A DNA stretch of 30,186 nt, from contig DATGQR010000391.1 of assembly GCA_035304105.1 (NCBI GenBank), positions 1-30,186 of the forward strand. Direction: 5' to 3'. Origin of the DNA: Thermomicrobiales bacterium (GTDB lineage: Bacteria > Chloroflexota > Chloroflexia > Thermomicrobiales > CFX8). Position numbers and translations under genes: made by a program. The stretch's first letter is position 1; each line of letters starts with the position of its first letter. Of this stretch, positions 6,982-15,218 are shown piece by piece. The notes beneath the pieces were generated by a model. It saw only the letters and a list, made by a program, of their open reading frames with translations, was not told where the DNA came from and did not search any database.

Positions 6982-7968
6982 GTGAGGCAAGCGCGTGGAA
7001 GAGCAGTGTTGGATAGAAGGCTGACCCGCCGGGCGTGGCTGGCGTTGCTCGCGGTCGCGGCGGCCGGCTGCGCCCGCAGCGAGGCCGGGACGCGCACGGC
7101 AGTCCCATTCGACCCGTCGGCGCTGACGCCCATCTATCCGGCTGGTGAGCAGCTGGTCGATCCCGATTGGCTGCGTGGGCGGCTGGACGACGCGAACCTG
7201 CGCCTCTTCGACCTCTCCGACCTGCCCGGCTACCGCGACGGCCACATCCCCGGCGCGGCCCACTTCTGGTGGCAGGACCTGATCGAGATCCACAACCCGG
7301 TCTACGGGATGCTGCTCGGCCCTGAGGGGCGCGCCCGGCTGATGCGCGACGCGGGCATCGAGCCGGACAGCACCCTCGTCTGCTATGACCGCTCCGGCGG
7401 CATCTACGCCAGCCGCCTGCTCTGGGTGCTGCGCTACATGGGCTTTCCCCGCGAGCGTGCCCACCTGCTGCTCGGCGGTCTCCAGGGCTGGGTCGAGACC
7501 GGCGGCGAACTCGAGCGCGACGCCCGCAGCTACGCGCCGGCCGCAACGCTCCTAGATGACGCCCGCGACGAGACGATCAACGCCAACGCGGCCGACATCC
7601 TCGCCCGCCTCGGCGAGCCGGGACTGGCGATCCTCGACACCCGCGCCGGGGCCGATCTGCGCGAGACCTGGCGCGGGCAGCTCCGCGAGGGCCGCATTCC
7701 TGGCAGCCTGCACCTGCCGCGTGACCAGTTTCTGCTGGACGGCCCGGCGCCGGCGCTTGTCTCCCCGGAGACGCTGACCGCTCGCCTGGCCGCGGCCGGC
7801 CTCGACCTCGCCGTGACCGACGAGATCATTGTCTACGACCTCCACGCCACGCTCGCCAGCCTCCCCTGGCTGGCCCTGACCGCCCTCGGCGGCCCCCATG
7901 TCCGCCTCTACGACGGCTGCTGGGCCGACTGGGGCAGCAACCACGAGCTGCCGCTGGAGGACCTCTAG
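6982..7968 (+). CDS. Tandem-domain rhodanese-like (sulfurtransferase-fold) protein, predicted Tat lipoprotein, canonical catalytic Cys absent
   Basis: TRRAWL twin-Arg and AAGC lipobox; YRDGHIPGA, GRIPGS and LYDGCWADW rhodanese signatures; active-site loop reads VYDLHATLA. Confidence 0.85.
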   Translation: MRQARGRAVLDRRLTRRAWLALLAVAAAGCARSEAGTRTAVPFDPSALTPIYPAGEQLVDPDWLRGRLDDANLRLFDLSDLPGYRDGHIPGAAHFWWQDLIEIHNPVYGMLLGPEGRARLMRDAGIEPDSTLVCYDRSGGIYASRLLWVLRYMGFPRERAHLLLGGLQGWVETGGELERDARSYAPAATLLDDARDETINANAADILARLGEPGLAILDTRAGADLRETWRGQLREGRIPGSLHLPRDQFLLDGPAPALVSPETLTARLAAAGLDLAVTDEIIVYDLHATLASLPWLALTALGGPHVRLYDGCWADWGSNHELPLEDL

Positions 7969-7993
7969 GCCCACGGCGCAGGCCGGTGCGGGA

Positions 7994-8857
7994 TTAAGCT
8001 TCTCGTGGCGCGCCCACGAACCTGTACTCGTTAACGTCCACTACCGGGCGATAGCCGATCTCCTGGTAGATGTGGTTCGTCGTCGCATTGTCCCGGTCGG
8101 TGAAGAGGAAGCAGTGGCGATACCCGCCGTCGAGCAATAGCTGGCTGACGGACGCCGTCGCGGCGCTGGCATAGCCCCGCTGGCGGTGCTCGGGCGGGGT
8201 GTAGACCGGGCCGACGCGGATGCCGTTCGGCGTCGGCCCGCCGTAGCCGGCCATGGAGACCGGCCCGCCGTCGTGCCAGACGTAGAGGCCGCGCGTCGAT
8301 GAGGAGAAATAGTTACTGAGCCGCCGGGCGGCGCTGTCGAGGCTTGGCGCGCCGCCGTGGATCGCCACCTCGAACGCCATCAGCCAGTCCAGCAACAGGT
8401 CGGACTCCTCCAACGTCGCAGGGCGCAGCTCGCCGGGCACACCGGCGGGTGGCGTCACCGCCTCCAGCGCGTAGATGCGCTGTGGGATGCCCGGTTGGTA
8501 GCGCTGCCCGGTGATCCGTGCCCACTCGCGCGCGAACGCCAGCCCGGCTTCCTCAGTGCCCTGGACGCCGGGCAGATCGGCGTGCTCCTGCAGCGCGTCG
8601 GCGGCGAGAAGCGCGGCGGCTTCGGGCGGCGCCAGCGAGAGCTGGAGGTTGTGCGGCGGCGTCCGCAAGGCGGCCGCGACGATCTCACCGCCCAGCTCGA
8701 CCGTCACGAGGTAGGGCGTGTAGTCGCTGTAGAGCGTGGTGTTGAGCAGATCGCCCGTGATGCCCAGGATCAGGCAATTGGCCGCCTCGTCCCGTAGCAG
8801 GAAGTCCCGCGTCACCGCCTCGAACTCCCGCGCGTCCCGGTAGCGCCTGAGCTTCAC
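7994..8857 (-). CDS. GNAT family N-acetyltransferase (two-domain, FR47-like C-terminus)
   Basis: RVGPVYTPPEHRQRGYASAAT acetyl-CoA motif A; LFTDRDNATTNHIYQEIGY. Confidence 0.9.
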   Translation of the reverse strand: MKLRRYRDAREFEAVTRDFLLRDEAANCLILGITGDLLNTTLYSDYTPYLVTVELGGEIVAAALRTPPHNLQLSLAPPEAAALLAADALQEHADLPGVQGTEEAGLAFAREWARITGQRYQPGIPQRIYALEAVTPPAGVPGELRPATLEESDLLLDWLMAFEVAIHGGAPSLDSAARRLSNYFSSSTRGLYVWHDGGPVSMAGYGGPTPNGIRVGPVYTPPEHRQRGYASAATASVSQLLLDGGYRHCFLFTDRDNATTNHIYQEIGYRPVVDVNEYRFVGAPREA

Positions 8858-8912
8858 GCCTTCCTCCCGCCTGGCTTGACTCGTCTCTGCGAAGGCTCAA
8901 GCCTAAGCCAGC

Positions 8913-9230
8913 TCAGGCGAACTGTCTGCTGACGAACGCCTTGGCCTCGCTGAGATAGCCCCGCCAGGTGGCCTCGTCTGGCTCGGGGATCGCGACCCAC
9001 TCCCGGAAGACGCGCCCAGCTGGGGCGACGTTCTCACCGACGCCGGCATCGACCAGCTCGTTGACGCGCTCGGCCGGGAGCTTGACGACTAGCTGCCTGC
9101 GGCCGTTGATCATCCCGAAGAACTCGCCGTTGAGCCGCAGGCAGTCGTGGCCCATCATCGTCGAGTCCTCGACATCGGGGTCCTGGCAGAACTCCTCGAC
9201 CAGCTTCCAGTAGATATCGTCTGGCCCCAT
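8913..9230 (-). CDS. TfoX N-terminal / MmcQ-YjbR-like small protein
   Basis: STMMGHDCLRLNGEFFG..LVVKLPAERV..FREWVAI pattern. Confidence 0.75.
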   Translation of the reverse strand: MGPDDIYWKLVEEFCQDPDVEDSTMMGHDCLRLNGEFFGMINGRRQLVVKLPAERVNELVDAGVGENVAPAGRVFREWVAIPEPDEATWRGYLSEAKAFVSRQFA

Positions 9231-9257
9231 GGCGCAGCCCTTCTCTCAAACCGGATA

Positions 9258-9271
9258 AGAACATTTGTTCT
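9258..9271. promoter_or_regulatory. LexA (SOS) box, Gram-positive/Chloroflexota type
   Basis: AGAACATTTGTTCT = GAAC-N4-GTTC, immediately downstream of the minus-strand extended -10 TGCTACGAT (9281-9273). Confidence 0.75.
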
Positions 9272-9369
9272 CATCGTAGCATGAGATGTGACTGAATGGC
9301 AGAAATCTTCTTTCAGGGCTGACTACAATCGTCGCAGTCACAGCACCCGATGGAAGGAGCTTCCCCCCA

Positions 9370-9873
9370 ATGACCGCTACCGATCAGCTCGCCCTGCCCG
9401 ACCGCTTCGGCCTGAAGGCGCCCTTTGCCGCGCTGCACCACGTCGCCCTGGTCACCAACGACATGGAGGCGACCGTGCGCTTCTACCGCGATGTGCTGGG
9501 CAGCGAGATCGCGATGGCGCACCGTCAGGGCGAGCACAACGTGCGCCACTACTTCATCACCGTCGCGCCGAACACCGTCTTCGCCTTCTTCGAGTTCCCC
9601 GACGCCGAGCTGCCGGAGTACCTGCCGCCGACCAAGCCCAAGACTGGCCGCGCGCTCGACCACATCTCCTTCTTCCTGAACTCGCTGGACGAGCTGGAGT
9701 CCTGGAAGCGCAAGCTGGAGGACCACGGCATCGAGTACACCTCGATGGAGGTCCCCGGCACGGTTACCGCCATCTTCTTCCCCGACCCCAACAACATCGT
9801 CATCGAGCTCATGGTCGTCCCCGAAGGCGGCTTCAACTTCCCGCAGCTAGCCGACCCTGAGCCAGCGTATTAA
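9370..9873 (+). CDS. VOC (glyoxalase/bleomycin resistance/dioxygenase) family protein
   Basis: LHHVAL..DMEATVRFY..VLG, LDHISF, FFPDPNNIVIEL; AAGGAG SD. Confidence 0.9.
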   Translation: MTATDQLALPDRFGLKAPFAALHHVALVTNDMEATVRFYRDVLGSEIAMAHRQGEHNVRHYFITVAPNTVFAFFEFPDAELPEYLPPTKPKTGRALDHISFFLNSLDELESWKRKLEDHGIEYTSMEVPGTVTAIFFPDPNNIVIELMVVPEGGFNFPQLADPEPAY

Positions 9874-9946
9874 GGGAGAGGGAAGAGGGAACAGGGAAGA
9901 GGGAAAGACAGCCCTCATCCCCGGCCGCGGTCGGGGGTGAGGGCTG
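9874..9946 (+). repeat. GGGAA(G/C)A heptamer tandem repeat plus GCCCTCA..TGAGGGC REP-like hairpin
   Basis: 9879-9911 is an exact 33-nt reverse complement of 20611-20643; hairpin at 9909-9946 has an 18-bp stem with G-U pairs. Confidence 0.75.
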
Positions 9947-9993
9947 CTTCGAAAGCTCAACTCTTCCCCACAAACCCAAGCCCATCAACAGGA

Positions 9994-10040
9994 CACCCCT
10001 CCGATATCGGAGGGGTGCCCTCTGGGCTGCGGCTGGGGGG
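9994..10040. repeat. REP-like palindrome
   Basis: Perfect 24-nt palindrome CACCCCTCCGATATCGGAGGGGTG (9994-10017); GGGGTGCCCTCTGGGC is shared with the copy near 20570-20587. Confidence 0.65.
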
Positions 10041-10054
10041 CGGGAGCCGCTCCC

Positions 10055-11719
10055 TCAGTCGCCCGCCGGGTGCGTGGCCACCTCCGCGACGGGGATCGGC
10101 TCTTCGGCCGCTTCCGCCGTTTCCGGGGTGTGGCTGCCGACGACGTTGCGGATCAGCAGCGCCGTCACGGCGGCTGCCGCCACCACCACGATGCTGATCG
10201 TGAAGGTGCTCTGCATCGCGTCGACGAAGGCTCGCTGGACGCCATCGATCACGACCGGGAGCTGGGCGCTCTGGTCAGCCGGGAGCAGGCCCGGGATGAG
10301 CTCCAGCCGCCCGTCGCCGGCCGCGTCGGCGACCTGATCCTTCACCGCCGGGTCGATGGCGACGTTCGCCAGGCGGTCGGACGTGTTCGAGCCGGCCCAG
10401 CTTTGCAGCGCCGAGCCGAGGATCGCGATGCCGAACACCTGGCCGACGTTGCGGACGGTGTTGAGGATGCCGGAGGCGCTGCCGGAGATGCGTGGCGGCA
10501 CCTCGCGCATCGTGGCGTTGGTCATCGGCGGGAAGGTCATGCCCATGCCCAGGCCGGTGACCACCAGCGCCGGGAAGAGGTTCCAGACGCTCGTGCCCAT
10601 GCTGATCTGCGTCGTCAGGAACGCCACGCCGGTCGCCGCCGTCGAGAGCCCGACGACCAGCAGCCAGCGCGAGCCGATGCGGTCGCTCAAGCGCCCGGCG
10701 ATCGGCGCGACGAACATGATCGTGACGGCCATCGGCGTCATCGCCAGCCCGGCGCGGATCGGCGTGTAGCCGAGGATCGCCTGCAGGAAGATGGTCAGCG
10801 GGAAGAAGATGCCGAACATCCCGAAGGCCATCACGCCAGAGATCACGTTGCCGGCCCAGAAGTTCCGCAGCTTGAACAGCTCGACCTTCATCATCGGATC
10901 CGGAACGCGCAGCTCCCACCAGATGAAGGCCGCGATCAGCGCCGCGCCGAGCGTCAGCAGCCCCAGGATCAGCGGGCTGGTCCAGCCGTAGTGGTTGCCC
11001 TCGATCAGGGCGAAGACGACCGCGAAGATGCCGGCGCCGGAGAGCAGGATGCCGCCCCAGTCCAGCTTGGTCGTCGCCTGCGGGTCGCGCGATTCCGGCA
11101 CTATGTACATGGCCGCCACGATCCCGATGAGGCCCACCGGGACGTTGATCAGGAAGACCCATTCCCAGCGGTAGTCGGTCACGATCAGCCCGCCGATGAT
11201 CGGGCCGAAGACGGCGCCGAGCGCGGTGATCCCGCCCCAGATGCCCATCGCCGCGCCGCGCCGCTCGGGCGGGAAGGCGACGGTGATCAGCGAGAGCGTT
11301 TGCGGCATCATGAAGGCGCCGCCGACGCCCTGGAGCGTGCGGAAGATGATCAGCGAGGTGGCCCCGCCGATCGGCGTGACGTCGCCGATCCAGCCCGATA
11401 CGGCGCAGAGCGCCGAGGCGGCGGTGAAGATGGCCATGCCGAGGATGAAGAGCCGTTTCCGGCCGAAGACGTCGCCGAGCCGTCCGAAGGTCAGCAACAG
11501 GACGGCGAAGGCGAGCAGGTAACTGTCGAGGATCCACTGGATCTCTGAGAGATCCGCGTTGAGTCCCTCGCGAATCCGAACCTGGGCCACGTTGACGATC
11601 GTGGTGTCCAGCAGGAGCATGAAGATCGCCCCGGCCAGTACGGCGAGCACCAACCATGGATTGCGCTGCGTCGCCGGGGCGTCTGCCTGCGCCGGCATAC
11701 GCGTCGATGCGTTCGTCAA
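10055..11719 (-). CDS. DHA2 (EmrB/QacA, 14-TMS) MFS efflux transporter
   Basis: LDTTIVNVA, GRLGDVFGRK (motif A), WEWVFLINVPVG, DWGG; TTG start with GGGGAG SD. Confidence 0.95.
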   Translation of the reverse strand: MTNASTRMPAQADAPATQRNPWLVLAVLAGAIFMLLLDTTIVNVAQVRIREGLNADLSEIQWILDSYLLAFAVLLLTFGRLGDVFGRKRLFILGMAIFTAASALCAVSGWIGDVTPIGGATSLIIFRTLQGVGGAFMMPQTLSLITVAFPPERRGAAMGIWGGITALGAVFGPIIGGLIVTDYRWEWVFLINVPVGLIGIVAAMYIVPESRDPQATTKLDWGGILLSGAGIFAVVFALIEGNHYGWTSPLILGLLTLGAALIAAFIWWELRVPDPMMKVELFKLRNFWAGNVISGVMAFGMFGIFFPLTIFLQAILGYTPIRAGLAMTPMAVTIMFVAPIAGRLSDRIGSRWLLVVGLSTAATGVAFLTTQISMGTSVWNLFPALVVTGLGMGMTFPPMTNATMREVPPRISGSASGILNTVRNVGQVFGIAILGSALQSWAGSNTSDRLANVAIDPAVKDQVADAAGDGRLELIPGLLPADQSAQLPVVIDGVQRAFVDAMQSTFTISIVVVAAAAVTALLIRNVVGSHTPETAEAAEEPIPVAEVATHPAGD

Positions 11720-11787
11720 ATCGAACTCCCCTTCGTTCGTGCGTTCGGATCGCCGTCGATCGAACTAGTACGGGTAGCGCTCTTTGC

Positions 11788-12402
11788 TTAACCCGTTTCT
11801 CTGGAAGATATTTCCGCCAGCACCTCGCGCGGGTCGCGCTGCAGCACCTGGCTGAAGACTTCGAGCGTGCGGATGACGATCGGCCGCTCCTCCGGCTCGA
11901 AGGCCTCGAGCACGGTCTGGACCTGGGCGCGCTGGAGATCGTTGACGTAGCTGACGAGCTCAATCGCCTTGGGCGTTAGCTCGACCAGCACCTCGCGCCG
12001 GTCCTCGGGATTGACGCGCCGCTCGACCCAGCCGCGCTTGACCAGATGGTCCACCTGCTCCGACACCGTTGGCGGGGAGACCCCCAGCCACTCGGCGATG
12101 TCGCCGACCTTCGCCGGGCCGCGGCGGAAGAGGTACATGCCCATCTTCAGGCCGGGGAGCGACCCCGGACCGGGCCGCCCGTGCGGGCCACCCCGATGGT
12201 GCCGTCCGCCACGCTCGACGAAGAGACCCTTTGGCCCACCGCGTCCAACGTGGGACTCTCCGCGCCCTCCGAACTTGCTCTTACCGTTCTGGATCACGGC
12301 GTGGTAGCGCCCAATCGCGTGGATCACGGAGCGCCCGAACTCGGGCAGCAGGTCCATTCCGCGCTCGATCAATTCGTCATCCGGTGATGAGTGGTCAGTC
12401 AT
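11788..12402 (-). CDS. MarR family transcriptional regulator with a Gly/Arg/His/Pro-rich insertion
   Basis: DIAEWLGVSPPTVSEQVDHLVKRGWVERRVNPEDRREVLVELTPK winged helix; directly upstream of the DHA2 pump. Confidence 0.9.
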   Translation of the reverse strand: MTDHSSPDDELIERGMDLLPEFGRSVIHAIGRYHAVIQNGKSKFGGRGESHVGRGGPKGLFVERGGRHHRGGPHGRPGPGSLPGLKMGMYLFRRGPAKVGDIAEWLGVSPPTVSEQVDHLVKRGWVERRVNPEDRREVLVELTPKAIELVSYVNDLQRAQVQTVLEAFEPEERPIVIRTLEVFSQVLQRDPREVLAEISSRETG

Positions 12403-12432
12403 GGCGTTCCTTTCATTTCGTTCGGTTGCCGA

Positions 12433-12485
12433 TTAGATTTCCGAATAATAAGGCCGCCAAATGAAATTGTCAAGGTTTCCGAATG
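12433..12485 (-). promoter_or_regulatory. Sigma70 promoter of the marR-MFS operon with flanking operator-like repeats
   Basis: TTGACA (12473-12468)-N17-TATTAT (12450-12445); ATTCGGAAA repeated upstream of the -35 and overlapping the -10. Confidence 0.75.
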
Positions 12486-12563
12486 AATTCGTTCGCGGAC
12501 GCGACTTCCCGGCCGGCGTGGCGATGTGCGAGCCGCGCCGCGCAACGGCCGGCGAGAACGCGC

Positions 12564-13823
12564 TTAGCTCTCGAAGGCCGGGGCGGCGGCGCGCGCCCGG
12601 GGGCTGAGGGCGAGCCAGAGCGGCACCATCGACATCAGCGCGGCGGAGAGCAGCAGGGCCGCGCGCAGGCCGAAGGCGTCGACCGCCAGCCCGCCGGCGA
12701 GCGCGCCCAGCGGTGTGGCGACGGTGAAGAGCGTGAAGATCGCGCTGATCACGCGGCCGAGCATCTGCTCGGGTGCGCGCAGCTGCACGAGCGTCTGGAG
12801 CAGCGGCGTGAGTGGGCCGACGCCCAGCCCCAGGCAGAACAGCGTGACGAGGTCGGTCGGGAGGGATGCCGCCAGCGCGAACAGCCAGGTGGCGGCGACG
12901 GCGAGCGCGAAGCCGCCCAGGAAGATGCCGTAGCGGCGCGCGCGATGGCCGATGGCACCGAACAGCAGGATGCCCACGAGCATGCCGATGCCGAGCGCGG
13001 TGACCAGCACTCCAAAATAGGCGGCGCTGTCGTACTCGGAGCGCACGTAGACCGGCAGCAGGACGGCGCCATAGGCCGTGCCGACGAAGTTGAACAGGAT
13101 CGCCGCCGGCAGCATCGTCTGCAGCACCGGATCGCGCACGACGAAGCGGAATCCCGCCAGGACATTGTCGATGAAGCGCTCGGCCTCGCCTTGCTCGGCG
13201 GCGTCCGGGTCGCCGGTGGCGCTCGCGGGCGGCCGCGCGATGAGCAGCGCGACGATCAGGATAGACACGCCGAAGGTGCCGGCATCGACGTACAGCACCT
13301 CGACCGCGCCGAGCGCGGCGATCAGGACGCCAGCCAGCAGCGGCGCGACGACCGAGTCGCTCAGCCGGTTGGAGAGCTGCATGACCGAGTTCGCGCGCTC
13401 CAGCGGCGTGCCGGCTCGCCGGGCGAGGGCGGGCACCAGCGCGCCCCGGGCCGCGCTGCCGGGCACGTCGAAGAAGGCCCCGAGGAAGATCAGGATCAGC
13501 AGCTGCCAGTAGGTCAGCCAGTCCAGCAGGTAGAAGGTCGGGATCAGCGCGACGGTGACGCCGCTCAGCGCATCGGAGATGATGCTGGTGGCGCGGAAGC
13601 CGAGCCGGTCGACGATCGGCCCGGCGATTAGCCCGGCCACGACCGGGGAGAGCGCGACGACTGCCCCGGCGATTCCGGTCCGGCTGGCGCTGCCGGTCGT
13701 GGCCAGCACGAACCAGGGGATCGCCAGCGTGGTCATCGAGTTGCCGGTCTGCGAGATGCCGTTCGCCAGCGCGAGCGACCAGAGCCCGAGCCGCTCGCGC
13801 GGCGCGGCCGTAGTGGCGTTCAC
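12564..13823 (-). CDS. MFS transporter, Tap/MefA-like (DHA3) family, second tandem paralog
   Basis: GISQTGNSMTTLAIPWFVLATTGSASRTG, GPIVDRLGFR, QLRAPEQMLGRV. Confidence 0.9.
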   Translation of the reverse strand: MNATTAAPRERLGLWSLALANGISQTGNSMTTLAIPWFVLATTGSASRTGIAGAVVALSPVVAGLIAGPIVDRLGFRATSIISDALSGVTVALIPTFYLLDWLTYWQLLILIFLGAFFDVPGSAARGALVPALARRAGTPLERANSVMQLSNRLSDSVVAPLLAGVLIAALGAVEVLYVDAGTFGVSILIVALLIARPPASATGDPDAAEQGEAERFIDNVLAGFRFVVRDPVLQTMLPAAILFNFVGTAYGAVLLPVYVRSEYDSAAYFGVLVTALGIGMLVGILLFGAIGHRARRYGIFLGGFALAVAATWLFALAASLPTDLVTLFCLGLGVGPLTPLLQTLVQLRAPEQMLGRVISAIFTLFTVATPLGALAGGLAVDAFGLRAALLLSAALMSMVPLWLALSPRARAAAPAFES

Positions 13824-13829
13824 CGCAGC

Positions 13830-15146
13830 CTACGTCGCCGTGCTCGCGTCGGCACGCGCGTCGAAGCCACGCACGAGGTCGCGCACCATGAAGACGCGCA
13901 GCATCGCGATCGTCACACCGATCGCCGCTGCGACCATGACCGCTGGCAGTCCGGCTGCCTCGATCATGATCCCGGCCAGGAAGACGCCCAGCGGCGCCAG
14001 CGCCCCGCCGAAGGCGAACAGGACGCCGAAGACGCGCCCCAGCATCTCCTCGGGCACACGCTCCTGCATGATCGTCAGGGCCAGGACGTTGGTCGGGCCA
14101 ATGGCCAGGCCGACGAGCGCCATGGCGATCATCGCGTGCCAGGCGCTGGTGGCGAAGGGCAGGATCCAGAAGCCAGCCGAAATCAGCATGACCGAGAGGA
14201 TGAAGATGCGCGAGCGGCTGATCCGAGGGCCCTTCCAGCCATAGAGGATCGTCCCGAGCGCCGAGCCGGCGCCGAACGAGGCCAGGATCAGGCCCAGTGC
14301 CCCGGCGCTGTCAAACTCATCGCGGGCCAGCACTGGCAAGATGACCGCGGCGGTCGGCGAGACGATGAAGTTGTAGAGCAGCGAGATGGGGATCACCAGC
14401 CGCAGGAAGTCGTCACGCAGGGTGTAGGCGAAGCCGGAGCGGATCGACTCGATCAGTGATTCCTGCTGCGCCGGCTCGGCGCCTGGGGCGCTCGCTTCCC
14501 CGTTGGCTCCGGCTGCCTGACCGCGCACCCGCACCAGCAGGCCCACGATGACGATCGAGAGCGCGAAGGTGGCGGCGTCGACATAGAGCACGGCGGCCGC
14601 GCCCATGAAGCCGATCAGCAGGCCGGCCGCCAGCGGGCCGAACAGCGAGCGGCTGCTCTGGTCGGCGAACTGCATCGCCGCGTTGGCGCGCTCCAGCGGC
14701 ATATCCGCCTGGCGCGCCAGCCGGGGCACCAGCGCGGTGCGCGCGACGCCGCCCGGCGCGTCGAAGACCGCGCCGACGAAGATCAGCACCAGCAGGTGCC
14801 AGAACTCCAGCACGCCCAGCAGGTGCAGCGTCGGGATGATCGCCACCGTCACGCCGCTCAGCAGGTCGGAGATGATGCTGGCGCGCTTGAAGCCCAGGCG
14901 GTCGACCAGCGCCCCGCCCAGCGCGCCGGAGAGCACGGTCGCCAGCACGGTCAGCGCACCGGCGATGCCGGTGCGCGCCGGGCTGCCGGTCGTGACCAGC
15001 ACGAACCAGGGGATCGCCAGGTTGGTGATGCCGTTACCCAGGTTCGAGATCGTCGTCGCCGCGACGAGCGCCGGGATACCCAGCCGGTCGAGCCGGTCCT
15101 GCCGGACCTCCTCAGTCTGCTCGATTATCCGGATGGACGAAGACAT
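13830..15146 (-). CDS. MFS transporter, Tap/MefA-like (DHA3) family, first tandem paralog
   Basis: TISNLGNGITNLAIPWFVLVTTGSPARTG, GALVDRLGFKR, QERVPEEMLGRV. Confidence 0.9.
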   Translation of the reverse strand: MSSSIRIIEQTEEVRQDRLDRLGIPALVAATTISNLGNGITNLAIPWFVLVTTGSPARTGIAGALTVLATVLSGALGGALVDRLGFKRASIISDLLSGVTVAIIPTLHLLGVLEFWHLLVLIFVGAVFDAPGGVARTALVPRLARQADMPLERANAAMQFADQSSRSLFGPLAAGLLIGFMGAAAVLYVDAATFALSIVIVGLLVRVRGQAAGANGEASAPGAEPAQQESLIESIRSGFAYTLRDDFLRLVIPISLLYNFIVSPTAAVILPVLARDEFDSAGALGLILASFGAGSALGTILYGWKGPRISRSRIFILSVMLISAGFWILPFATSAWHAMIAMALVGLAIGPTNVLALTIMQERVPEEMLGRVFGVLFAFGGALAPLGVFLAGIMIEAAGLPAVMVAAAIGVTIAMLRVFMVRDLVRGFDARADASTAT

Positions 15147-15218
15147 CGTTGAACCCTCCCCTGGGCACGGGCTGTTGAGCTACCTACGAGGAATTGCGTG
15201 GCGTTAGGCGCCTGCCTG

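Noticed and set aside
7837-7839. Selenocysteine recoding in the rhodanese active site
   Set aside because: The codon is GAC (Asp), and the frame has no in-frame TGA.
10070-11963. Very long alternative-frame ORFs over MFS, ABC and GH15 genes (for example 10070..11548, 10275..11963, 15198..16697, 22460..23902, 24865..26424, 27111..28523)
   Set aside because: Expected by-products of high GC3 codon bias; no motifs and no SD support.
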